A DNA stretch of 64,000 nt from NCBI GenBank assembly GCA_040882465.1, contig JBBEBG010000026.1, positions 195,974 to 259,973 of the forward strand, written 5' to 3'. The DNA is from Gemmatimonadota bacterium (lineage in GTDB: Bacteria; Gemmatimonadota; Gemmatimonadetes; Longimicrobiales; Gaopeijiaceae). The translations under genes and the position numbers were made by a program. Each line of letters starts with the position of its first letter. Position 1 is the first letter of the stretch. Below are positions 47,146 to 55,697 of the stretch, piece by piece. The notes beneath the pieces were generated by a model. The model searched no databases and was not told where the DNA came from. It saw only the letters and a program-made list of their open reading frames with translations.

Positions 47146-48990
47146 ATGAGCGATCGAGTGGACGGCCGACAAGTGCGCGTGCTCGGCATTTCGGCATTTT
47201 ACCACGACAGCGCCGCATGCCTAGTGGTCGATGGCAAGATCGTGGCGGCCGCATCTGAAGAACGCTTCACTCGGATCAAAGGCGATTCCGCGTTCCCCAT
47301 TCGAACCATCGAGTTCTGCCTCGAGCAGGGGGGGATCGAGGCCAAGGAGCTCGACGTCGTCGGCTTCTACGACAAGCCGCTGCTCAAGTTCGAGAGGATT
47401 CTGGAGACCTACGTGGGGGTCGTCCCGCGTGGATTCCGGTCCTTCTTGATGGCAGGGCCTCTCTGGATGAAGGAAAAGCTGTTCATGGAGCGTGAGATCC
47501 GCCGCTCCCTCGGATACGACGGAGAGCTCCTCTTCGCGGAGCATCACGAATCCCATGCGGCAAGTGCCTTTTTCCCCTCGCCCTTCGACGAGGCCGCCAT
47601 CCTCACGTTGGACGGAGTCGGGGAGTGGGCGACGGCGACTATGGGTGTGGGAAGGGGGAACGACATCGAGCTGTTCCGGGAGCTGCATTGGCCGGACTCT
47701 CTCGGCCTCCTCTACTCCGCATTCACATACTACACCGGATTCAAGGTCAACTCGGGGGAATACAAGGTCATGGGGCTGGCGCCTTACGGGGAGCCTCGGT
47801 TCGTGGACCTGATCTTGGATAGGCTGATCGACCTCCGTCCAGACGGCTCGTTCAGGATGAATCAGGACTACTTCGGCTACCTCACCGGCCTGACCATGAC
47901 GAACGGGGCGTTCGACGAGCTCTTCGGAGGCCCTCCGCGGAAGCCCGAGTCATTGCTGACCCAGCGTGAGATGGACCTCGCACGCTCGGTCCAAGAAGTG
48001 TGCGAAGAGATCATGTTACGGATGGCCCGCACCGCCCATCGCGAGACTGGCCTCGATCGTCTCTGTCTTGCCGGGGGAGTCGCCCTCAACTGCGTCGGGA
48101 ATGGTCGGCTCCTCCGCGAGGGTCCTTTCAAGGAGATCTGGATCCAACCGGCCGCCGGAGATGCCGGTGGAAGTCTTGGTGTCGCGCAGCTCATCTGGCA
48201 TCGCCATCTGGACCGCCCACGCGCGGTGACGCCCGGAAGGGATTCGATGAAAGGATCTTACCTGGGACCCGAATTTTCGGAGGCCGAGATCGAAGAGTAT
48301 CTGACGGGGGTGGGCGCGGTATATCGGAAGCTCGAGCGGAACGAACTGAACGAGCGGGTTGCGGCCCAGATGGCGGAGGGAAAGATCGTCGGGTGGTTCA
48401 ACGGTCGGATGGAATTCGGGCCGAGGGCCCTCGGTGCCCGAAGCATCTTGGGAGATCCGAGGAATCCGCACATGCAGACCCAGATGAATCTGAAGATCAA
48501 GTTCCGGGAAAGCTTTCGCCCATTCGCTCCCAGCGTACTTCGGGAACGAGTCGCCGACTACTTCGAGCTGGACGTGGACTCGCCTTACATGCTTCTCGTG
48601 GCGCCGGTCAAGGAGGAGCGTCGAATCCCGATGTCGGAAGCCTCGGGCAAGCTTTGGGGAATCGAGAAGCTGAAGGTGCCGAGATCGGACATCCCGGCGA
48701 TCACGCACGTGGACTACTCTGCGCGGGTGCAGACCGTCGACCGAGAGACGAGTCCCGACTATTACGACTTGATCCGGGCCTTCGAGGGGCTCACCGGCTG
48801 TGGCGTTCTCGTGAATACTTCCTTCAACGTGCGTGGGGAACCCATCGTTTGCACGCCGGAGGACGCGTATCGCTGCTTCATGCGCACCGATATCGATTCG
48901 TTGGTCCTCGGCCGCTTTTTCCTTGCGAAAGAGGACCAGCCGGCATGGAAGGAGGAATCCGATTGGAAAACACAGTTCCAGCTCGACTGA
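47146..48990 (+). CDS. carbamoyltransferase (NodU/CmcH/NovN family)
   Basis: VLGISAFYHDSAACLVVDGKIVAAASEERFTRIKGDSAFP (Kae1/YgjD-like N-domain) and a C-terminal carbamoyl-phosphate domain. 614 aa. Confidence 0.9.
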   Translation: MSDRVDGRQVRVLGISAFYHDSAACLVVDGKIVAAASEERFTRIKGDSAFPIRTIEFCLEQGGIEAKELDVVGFYDKPLLKFERILETYVGVVPRGFRSFLMAGPLWMKEKLFMEREIRRSLGYDGELLFAEHHESHAASAFFPSPFDEAAILTLDGVGEWATATMGVGRGNDIELFRELHWPDSLGLLYSAFTYYTGFKVNSGEYKVMGLAPYGEPRFVDLILDRLIDLRPDGSFRMNQDYFGYLTGLTMTNGAFDELFGGPPRKPESLLTQREMDLARSVQEVCEEIMLRMARTAHRETGLDRLCLAGGVALNCVGNGRLLREGPFKEIWIQPAAGDAGGSLGVAQLIWHRHLDRPRAVTPGRDSMKGSYLGPEFSEAEIEEYLTGVGAVYRKLERNELNERVAAQMAEGKIVGWFNGRMEFGPRALGARSILGDPRNPHMQTQMNLKIKFRESFRPFAPSVLRERVADYFELDVDSPYMLLVAPVKEERRIPMSEASGKLWGIEKLKVPRSDIPAITHVDYSARVQTVDRETSPDYYDLIRAFEGLTGCGVLVNTSFNVRGEPIVCTPEDAYRCFMRTDIDSLVLGRFFLAKEDQPAWKEESDWKTQFQLD

Positions 48991-49370
48991 GCGCCCACGA
49001 GGGCAAGAAATTCGCGCTCACGGTGGGCGCGGCCTTCCTCGTGCTGGCCGGCGTTGCCTGGCGGAGGGATCATCTCAGGGTCGCGGGAGGGCTCGCGGCG
49101 CTGGGCGGACTCCTGGCGATCGCCGGTGTCCTGATTCCCGGCCAGCTGGGGCCGGCTTATCGGGCATGGATGGGCTTCGCGCACCTCCTGTCCAGGATCA
49201 CGACACCCATCTTTCTAGCCGCCACCTATTACCTTGCGTTTTTCCCCACCGGGATGTTGATGCGACTCTTCGCCCGCAACCCGATGGTCCGGAAGCCTGT
49301 GGATGGAAGTTATTGGGTGGACCGCCCCGACGGCGCGGGACGGCGGAGTGACCTCGAGCGGCAGTTCTGA
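48945..49370 (+). CDS. SxtJ-like small membrane protein
   Basis: Reading frame at the 3' end of ORF 48000..49370 (KKFALTVGAAFLVLAGVAWRRDHL...AATYYLAFFPTGMLMRLF). Start uncertain: ATG 48945 overlaps the carbamoyltransferase end, alternative GTG near 49023. Confidence 0.45.
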   Translation: MEGGIRLENTVPARLSAHEGKKFALTVGAAFLVLAGVAWRRDHLRVAGGLAALGGLLAIAGVLIPGQLGPAYRAWMGFAHLLSRITTPIFLAATYYLAFFPTGMLMRLFARNPMVRKPVDGSYWVDRPDGAGRRSDLERQF

Positions 49371-49394
49371 ACGGGACTACAGAAGGATGAGTTG

Positions 49395-49544
49395 ATGAGC
49401 CTGATCAAAGAGCTGTGGGCCTACATGCGATCGCGAAAGAAATACTGGCTGCTGCCGATCCTCGTGGTGATGCTCCTCGTGGGGTCGCTCCTGGTGTTCG
49501 CGCAGGGCTCCGCGCTCGCGCCGTTCATCTATACGATCTTCTAA
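49395..49544 (+). CDS. DUF5989-family small membrane protein (49 aa), absent from the ORF track
   Basis: ATG 49395 after AGAAGGA. MSLIKELWAYMRSRKKYWLLPILVVMLLVGSLLVFAQGSALAPFIYTIF, stop TAA 49542-49544. Matches the conserved small protein that accompanies carbamoyltransferase/SxtJ pairs. Confidence 0.55.
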   Translation: MSLIKELWAYMRSRKKYWLLPILVVMLLVGSLLVFAQGSALAPFIYTIF

Positions 49545-49951
49545 CCAACGGCGAGCGACGCACGCGAACGGCCGCCGTTCTAGTCGAGCCCCTCATGGGG
49601 ACACGTCATCATGGCGACCGAGGCTGGGCCGCGTTCGATTCGCCTCCGGAATTCGCTCGACAACGCGAGAATAGGACGACGTCTCCGGGATGTCCCGGAC
49701 ATGCCGCGAAGCGGGTGAGCTGGGGCCCGATGGCTCCAGGAGCCGAGCACGCGAGACAGACGCGGGGGAGGAGGACCTCGCGACCACCCTTCGCTCCGTG
49801 CCCGAGGGCAAGGAGCCGTGCCCAGGAGATGCGGCTCGTGGAACTCCATCGGGGCTCGGGAACCGGTTCGACCTGCGCCCCTGCCGAACGCATCGGTGCC
49901 CCGTTCAGGAACCACGAGTCTCACTCCGACGCTCCTTCCGCGCTCGAGGAT

Positions 49952-50011
49952 TGACGCCACCCCAAAGATGTAGATATCCTACCCCCTAAGATGTAGGCTT
50001 CCTACACCCCA
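49952..50011 (+). promoter_or_regulatory. padR promoter region with two tandem 23-bp repeats, each containing GTAG-N5-CTAC
   Basis: TTGACG 49952..49957. Repeat 1 AAGATGTAGATATCCTACCCCCT (49966..49988) and repeat 2 AAGATGTAGGCTTCCTACACCCC (49989..50011). RBS AAGGGG, then ATG 50024. Confidence 0.5.
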
Positions 50012-50023
50012 AGGGGACCAACG

Positions 50024-50380
50024 ATGACCAAGCAGCCACTCGCGCGCATCGAGCTCCTCCAGGGAACGCTCGACCTCATTATCCTCCAGACGCTTCGGTG
50101 GGGCCCACGGCACGGCTACGGGATTTCCCAGATGATCCGCGCCAACTCGAGCGAGCTCCTCCAGGTCGAGACGGGCTCCCTCTATCCTGCGCTCCACCGC
50201 CTCGAACGGAGAGGTTGGATCAAGGCGGACTGGACTCTGTCCGAGAACAATCAGCGGGTACGGGAATACCGCCTCACGGACGCGGGCCGGAAGCAACTCG
50301 TCCAGGAGCGCACCCGCTGGGCACAGCTCACCTCCGCAATGGCGCAAATTCTCGAGGCGCCGGAAGGAGGGCCGGCATGA
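50024..50380 (+). CDS. PadR-family transcriptional regulator
   Basis: LQGTLDLIILQTLRWGPRHGYGISQMI...LYPALHRLERRGWI. ATGA overlap with the downstream permease. Confidence 0.85.
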   Translation: MTKQPLARIELLQGTLDLIILQTLRWGPRHGYGISQMIRANSSELLQVETGSLYPALHRLERRGWIKADWTLSENNQRVREYRLTDAGRKQLVQERTRWAQLTSAMAQILEAPEGGPA

Positions 50381-53019
50381 CCCCGTTTTTCTCACGCAAC
50401 CGCCGCGAACGCGAGCTGGAAGACGAAATCCAGGCGCACGTGGACATGGCCGTCGCAGAGCGTGTGGCCCGCGGGGAATCCCGTGTTGACGCCGAACGGG
50501 CCGTACGTCGGGAATTCGGAGACCCCGGGCGGGTGAAGGAGGTCACCCGCACGATGTGGGGCGGGATGTGGCTCGACCGCCTGGAGCAGGACCTTCGATT
50601 CGGATTCCGCTCGCTCTTCCGCGACCGCGGATTTTCGCTCGCGGCCACGCTCGTCCTCGTGGTGGGAATCGGCGCCAACGCCATCGTCTTCACCCTCGCC
50701 CATCGAGTTCTCTTCGAGGATCCCCCTGGAGTCGGAAGTGCCGATGAGCTCGTGGGGCTTCAGTGGTTGAACGAGAATGGCGACGAATCCTCCTGGTCTT
50801 ACACGGACTTCAAATTCGTCCGCGAGGAGAACGGGGTTTTCTCGGATGTCTTTGCATATACGGGCTTTCCCTTGACCGCCGCGGTGAGGTGGGATGACTC
50901 TCCCCCGTCGCCCGCCGACGGCTGGGTCGTTTCGCACAACTTCTTTCAGGCGCTCGGAACGGGATTGGCGTTGGGCCGCGGATTCCTCCCGGAGGAAGGG
51001 GTGACCCCCGGAACCCATCCCGTCGTCGTCCTCGATCACGCCTTCTGGCAACGCGAGTTCGGAGCCGACTCGGCCATCCTCACCAGGACGATCGCTCTGA
51101 ATGGCACCCCCTTCATCGTGGTGGGCGTGACCGAGGCCGACTTCCGCGGAATCACCCCCATTGATGTGTCGCCGGACTTCTACGTTCCCGTGACGATGCA
51201 GGGGGCGCTGGCCGCCGGTTGGGAGGAGATGCTCGAGCGCCGCCCCGGGGAGTCCAACTCCTGGCTCAAGGTGATCGCGCGGCTCGGCGCGGAAGCTTCT
51301 CTGGAATCCGCCCGCTCGGACATGGACGTCCTTGCCTTCGCGTGGCAGGAGGAATTCGGCGACTGGGCACGCAGCAACGACGTCGCCGGGGTTCGCATGG
51401 AGGTGAGCTCGGACCCGGGATTCTCCCCCGGAGAGGCCGAGCGGCTGCACCGGACGATTTGGCTTCTGGGGATCGTTGCGGGCGCCGTGCTCTTCATCGG
51501 ATGCGCGAACCTGGTCATCCTCCTTCTCGCTCGCGGGTCGGCGCGGGAGGGAGAGATCGGCGTGCGCGCGGCGCTCGGCGCGGGCCGTGGCCGGCTGCTC
51601 CGACAGCTCCTGACCGAAAGCGCACTCCTGGCCGGCGTCGCGTGTGTCGCGGGCCTCGCCCTGGCATATTGGGGAGCGGGAATCGTGGCGCGGCTTCTTC
51701 CTTTCTACTTCGCGGCCGACATGACGCCCGACGGCTTGGTGCTTCTCGGAACGGTCGCCGTGACGCTGATCATGACCGCAGTTTTCGGCCTGGCCCCCGC
51801 CCTGAAGTTGTCCAGCACCGATCTCGGGACGACACTTCGACGCCAGCTACGGAACACGCGCCGAAGCCCCGCGCGCAGCGCGCTCGTCGTCGGTCAGATC
51901 GCCGCTTCCGTGGTTCTCGTCGCGGGGGCCGGCCTCTTCGTGCGAAGCGTCCTTGCGGCCCGGTCGGTGGAACTGGGATTCGATCCGGAGAATCGGGTCC
52001 TCATGAGCGTGCAGCTCGGTACCCACGGCTACGACGCGGAGGGCGTGCAGCTCTTTCAGCGAGGGGTCCTCGAGCGCATCCGGGCACTCCCGGGCGTCGT
52101 GTCCGCCGCCCTCACCGATCGGGGCCCCTTCAGCGGGCGCTCGACAAGTAACTTTCGCCCGATCGGCACCGAGTATGAGGAGGAGGGGCTCAATCTCTCC
52201 ATGAACCGGGTCGGCGCCGGCTACTTCGAAACGATGGGCGTCCAGGTCGTGGCCGGGCGGCCGATCACCGAGGTAGACGACGGATATGCGGTCCGCTCTC
52301 TGGTGATCAGCCGGACGGCGGCCGAACGGCTTTTCCCGGGGGAGAGCGGGGTGGGGAGAATCTTCCGGTGGCGGGACGACGAGTGGACCGTGGTGGGAGT
52401 GGCCGAGGACGCCAAGTATTACAGCCTCGGAGAGGAACCGGTGAGCCGCGTATACGTTCCTCAGGCCCGGGTGGATGATGGAAACCTCACCTTCGTCGCC
52501 CGGACCGCGGTCCCGCCGGCCGGCCTGGTCTCAGCGATCGAGGGGGCGATCCACGAGGTGGACCCGGCCGTGGCCGTCTTCGGTGTCCAGACGCTACAGG
52601 ACCTGGTGGATGGGCAGACCAACTCCTACCGCTCCATGGCCGTTCTCGTGAGCGCCTTCGGGTTGGTCGCACTCATCCTCGCGGCCGTTGGGCTTTACGG
52701 CGTCCAGGCCTACGTCGTCGGGCAACGGTCGAAAGAGATCGGCATCCGAATCGCGATGGGTGCGCGGGCCGGGGAGGTCGCGTCGTCCATCCTCGGTCGA
52801 GGCGCCGTCCTTTCGCTCGTGGGGGTGTCGATCGGCGTGGCGGTCGCCTTCGGGCTGGGGCGAATCGTGGAAGGGATGCTCTTCGGGGTGGAACCCCAGG
52901 ACCCCGTGACGTTCGTCGGGGTCGCGGCCCTGCTCCTCGCCGTCGCACTCGCCGCCAGCTACTTCCCCGCCCGCCGGGCCGGCCGGTTGGACCCGATGAT
53001 GGTCTTGAAGGAGGAGTAG
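50377..53019 (+). CDS. MacB-like ABC permease (MacB periplasmic core domain + two FtsX modules)
   Basis: ATG 50377 after GGAAGGAGG. Two FtsX 4-TM blocks with large periplasmic domains. ORF 50098.. trimmed to the coupled start. Confidence 0.85.
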   Translation: MTPFFSRNRRERELEDEIQAHVDMAVAERVARGESRVDAERAVRREFGDPGRVKEVTRTMWGGMWLDRLEQDLRFGFRSLFRDRGFSLAATLVLVVGIGANAIVFTLAHRVLFEDPPGVGSADELVGLQWLNENGDESSWSYTDFKFVREENGVFSDVFAYTGFPLTAAVRWDDSPPSPADGWVVSHNFFQALGTGLALGRGFLPEEGVTPGTHPVVVLDHAFWQREFGADSAILTRTIALNGTPFIVVGVTEADFRGITPIDVSPDFYVPVTMQGALAAGWEEMLERRPGESNSWLKVIARLGAEASLESARSDMDVLAFAWQEEFGDWARSNDVAGVRMEVSSDPGFSPGEAERLHRTIWLLGIVAGAVLFIGCANLVILLLARGSAREGEIGVRAALGAGRGRLLRQLLTESALLAGVACVAGLALAYWGAGIVARLLPFYFAADMTPDGLVLLGTVAVTLIMTAVFGLAPALKLSSTDLGTTLRRQLRNTRRSPARSALVVGQIAASVVLVAGAGLFVRSVLAARSVELGFDPENRVLMSVQLGTHGYDAEGVQLFQRGVLERIRALPGVVSAALTDRGPFSGRSTSNFRPIGTEYEEEGLNLSMNRVGAGYFETMGVQVVAGRPITEVDDGYAVRSLVISRTAAERLFPGESGVGRIFRWRDDEWTVVGVAEDAKYYSLGEEPVSRVYVPQARVDDGNLTFVARTAVPPAGLVSAIEGAIHEVDPAVAVFGVQTLQDLVDGQTNSYRSMAVLVSAFGLVALILAAVGLYGVQAYVVGQRSKEIGIRIAMGARAGEVASSILGRGAVLSLVGVSIGVAVAFGLGRIVEGMLFGVEPQDPVTFVGVAALLLAVALAASYFPARRAGRLDPMMVLKEE

Positions 53020-53152
53020 CGTCGCGCCCGGAGGAGGGGTTCCTCCATCGCCTCCCCCCCGAACGGCAACGAAAACACGCTGCCCAAGGCCACGCCTTTT
53101 CCACTCCCCGATGGGACCCCGCGGAAGACCTTCGATTGACAAAACGGCGGTG

Positions 53153-53185
53153 CTAATGCCATTTTGCGACCCAATATGGCATTAG
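53153..53185 (+). promoter_or_regulatory. 10-bp perfect inverted repeat CTAATGCCAT-N13-ATGGCATTAG enclosing the start of the AAA-ATPase gene
   Basis: The right arm begins with the preferred ATG (53176). TTGACA at 53129..53134 upstream. Confidence 0.45.
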
Positions 53186-54336
53186 AAAGGCGATTTTTCG
53201 CCGTCCCGGACCGGAGCTTCTTTCTCTTCGGTCCGCGCGGCACCGGAAAGACCACCTGGCTTCGCCAGGCGCTGCCGACGGCGCTCTGGTTGAACCTCCT
53301 GCACCCGGAGGAATACCGGGCCTTAAAGGCTCGCCCGGAAAGGCTGCGAGAGCTGGTCCTCGGGGCCTCGCAAGCGCAGTCGGACGTGGTCATCGATGAG
53401 GTGCAGCGCGTCCCGGAACTCCTGAACGTCGTCCACGACCTCATGGAGTCCGGGCCACCGAAGCGGTTCGCGCTCACCGGATCCAGCGCCCGCAAGCTAC
53501 GCCAGGGCGGGGTCGATTTGCTCGGGGGCCGCGCAGTCCTGAAAACCCTCCATCCGTTCATGGCGTCGGAGTGGTCCGGTTTCTCCCTCACCGGGGCCCT
53601 CGCGCACGGATTGCTCCCGTTGGTCGTATCGTCGTCCGCACCTGATGAGGTGCTCGGCGCTTACGTGGGGCTTTACCTGGAGCAGGAGGTCAAGGCGGAA
53701 GGGCTGGTGCGGAACCTGGGGGACTTCGCGCGCTTCCTGGAAGCGGTGAGCTTCTCGCATGCCCAGGTGCTGAACGTGAGCTCGGTGGCGCGGGACACGG
53801 GCGCGAACCGCAGGACGGTTCAGGGCTTCCTGGAGGTGCTGGAGGATCTGCTCCTCGCGTTCCGCGTTGACGTATTCACGCGAAGGGCCAAACGGAAACC
53901 TGCGGCACATCCCAAGTTCTACCTCTTCGACGCAGGGGTTTTCCGCTCGCTTCGACCCTCGGGCCCGCTCGACCGACCGGCGGAGATCGACGGCGCCGCC
54001 CTGGAAGGGCTCGTCGCGCAGCATCTTCGTGCGTGGGTGGCGTATTCGGAACGCGACCTCTCACTATACACTTGGCGCACCCGATCCGGAGTCGAAGTCG
54101 ATTTCGTCCTCTACGGGCCCGATGGTTTCTGGGCCGTGGAAGTGAAGAACGGCTCGGAGGTGCGTCCCGCCGATCTGCGGGGCCTGAAGGCTTTTCGAGA
54201 GGATTATCCGGAGTCCGAAGCGGTACTTCTATACCGCGGTGAGCGACGGATGCGGAAAGGAGACGTGCTTTGCCTACCGGTCGAGGACTTCCTCGTGTCC
54301 CTCGCGCCCGTCTACGGTTCGATCATAGAGGTGTGA
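53176..54336 (+). CDS. AAA-family ATPase with C-terminal DUF4143-like domain
   Basis: Walker A FLFGPRGTGKTT and Walker B VVIDEVQ. ORF begins at TTG 53164; ATG 53176 (MALERRFF) preferred. Confidence 0.75.
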   Translation: MALERRFFAVPDRSFFLFGPRGTGKTTWLRQALPTALWLNLLHPEEYRALKARPERLRELVLGASQAQSDVVIDEVQRVPELLNVVHDLMESGPPKRFALTGSSARKLRQGGVDLLGGRAVLKTLHPFMASEWSGFSLTGALAHGLLPLVVSSSAPDEVLGAYVGLYLEQEVKAEGLVRNLGDFARFLEAVSFSHAQVLNVSSVARDTGANRRTVQGFLEVLEDLLLAFRVDVFTRRAKRKPAAHPKFYLFDAGVFRSLRPSGPLDRPAEIDGAALEGLVAQHLRAWVAYSERDLSLYTWRTRSGVEVDFVLYGPDGFWAVEVKNGSEVRPADLRGLKAFREDYPESEAVLLYRGERRMRKGDVLCLPVEDFLVSLAPVYGSIIEV

Positions 54337-54403
54337 GCGCGGTCGGCAACCGGTTCTGGGCGCCATCGATTGCGTATATTACAGAATCACGTATTTTGCG
54401 GAT

Positions 54404-54670
54404 ATGGAACACCGCCTGTCCGCCACCGATCTCGCGCGAAACGTCGGCGAGATCCTCGCCCGGATCCGCTACCGGGGGGATTCCTTCCTCATCGAACGAA
54501 ACGGCGAGCCTGTCGCCCGCATCACTCCGCTCGAGCGACAGCCGCACGGGACCGTTCGCGAAGGGCTGGCCGCGTGGCGTGAAGTCGGGGAGGCCGAGAC
54601 TGCGTTCGCGGAGGACCTCGAAGCCGTGTCGAGGGCGGACCACCCACCGGAAGGCCGTTGGGACTTCTGA
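54404..54670 (+). CDS. Phd/YefM-type antitoxin
   Basis: [44 protein letters not shown] is the Phd/YefM fold. Confidence 0.75.
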   Translation: MEHRLSATDLARNVGEILARIRYRGDSFLIERNGEPVARITPLERQPHGTVREGLAAWREVGEAETAFAEDLEAVSRADHPPEGRWDF

Positions 54671-55065
54671 TCGACACGAGCGCGCTCATCGCGCTGGAGC
54701 GCATGGAACGCGATTGGGATCCGCTCGTCGAGGCCTTGGGTGAGGAGCCGGCCGCCCTTCCCGCGATCGTTTACGCGGAGCTGCTCTCCGGTGTCCTTCT
54801 GGCTGAAACCCCGGAACGGGCGGCGATGCGAAGGGGCAAGGTCGAAGCCCTTGCCTCGAGACTCCCCATCGCGGAGTTCGGGGCGGGCGCGGCCCGCCGA
54901 TGGTCGGAGATCTTTGCTCAGCTGCACCGCCGCGGAGCCCTCATTCCCTCCAACGATCTCACCGTGGCCGCGACCGCCCTCGACCTCGAGTTCGGCGTCC
55001 TCGTGGGACCCGAGGGCGAGAAGCACTTCACGCGAGTACCCGGACTTCGGGTGACGGTGCTGTAG
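54658..55065 (+). CDS. vapC: PIN-domain toxin (VapC-like)
   Basis: TTG start overlaps the antitoxin stop. [12 protein letters not shown]... acidic PIN residues. 135 aa. Confidence 0.7.
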   Translation: MGLLIDTSALIALERMERDWDPLVEALGEEPAALPAIVYAELLSGVLLAETPERAAMRRGKVEALASRLPIAEFGAGAARRWSEIFAQLHRRGALIPSNDLTVAATALDLEFGVLVGPEGEKHFTRVPGLRVTVL

Positions 55066-55078
55066 CCCCCGACTGCCC

Positions 55079-55594
55079 CTACATGGACGACGGGGGCACG
55101 ATCCCGTTGAGGCGCATGTAGGTAACGAGATTTCCGTAGTGCTCGTAATTGTGCGCCGAGTTGAAGGCCAGGATCCCGCCCGTGGTGTTCTGACCTAGGA
55201 AGGTCACCGGGCGGGCCGCCCCCGAGTCTGGCGTGCGGTCGAAGACACCCGCGCAATACGCGAAGCCCGCCTCGAGCGCCTGGACGATGGTCGCCTTGGT
55301 GGTCCGCGTCTCCTCGAAGTTCTCAGAGTTCGGGTTCGACTCTCCCGCCGCGGCGGCACAGAACTGGTACTGTGAGAAGGCGACGTGGGCGAGGATCTGG
55401 CCGGTGCTCCGCACCTCGTCCGTGGGACGGTAAGCGTACATCTGCTCGTCCAGCATCTCGGCCGTGGCCATGACATTCTCGCTCGTGCGGTCGAAGAGCC
55501 ACCTCAGAGATTCGACGAGCGGATTCTGGCCGCTGGCAGACAGCGGCGTGAGGAGCAGGACAAATGCGGCGGCAAGGGTCAGGCGCGGGGTCAT
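55079..55594 (-). CDS. DinB/YfiT-like (DinB_2) secreted protein
   Basis: Signal peptide. Conserved His pattern (ILAHVAFSQ...HNYEHYGNL). Confidence 0.7.
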   Translation of the reverse strand: MTPRLTLAAAFVLLLTPLSASGQNPLVESLRWLFDRTSENVMATAEMLDEQMYAYRPTDEVRSTGQILAHVAFSQYQFCAAAAGESNPNSENFEETRTTKATIVQALEAGFAYCAGVFDRTPDSGAARPVTFLGQNTTGGILAFNSAHNYEHYGNLVTYMRLNGIVPPSSM

Positions 55595-55697
55595 GTGGAG
55601 CTCCCGGGTGAAGTCATGACGGGGCGCAAGGCGCTCCCCTGGATGGACGGACCTCCAAATGTGCCACCCTTGGCCCCGCCGCGCGACCGTTCGATCC

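Noticed and set aside
49547-49590. Imperfect GC hairpin after the DUF5989 stop as an intrinsic terminator
   Set aside because: The stem has a 7-bp perfect core with a 19-nt loop and no downstream U-tract. It cannot be called from sequence alone.
49633-49641. GTTCGATTC (tRNA T-loop-like) in the 480-bp non-coding stretch before padR
   Set aside because: Flanking bases cannot form a T-stem or an acceptor stem, so this is not a tRNA.
49690-49702. 13-nt palindrome ATGTCCCGGACAT resembling a PadR ATGT/ACAT box
   Set aside because: The half-site spacing is far shorter than in known PadR operators. It lies about 320 bp upstream of the gene. The tandem 23-bp repeats adjacent to the promoter are the better candidate.
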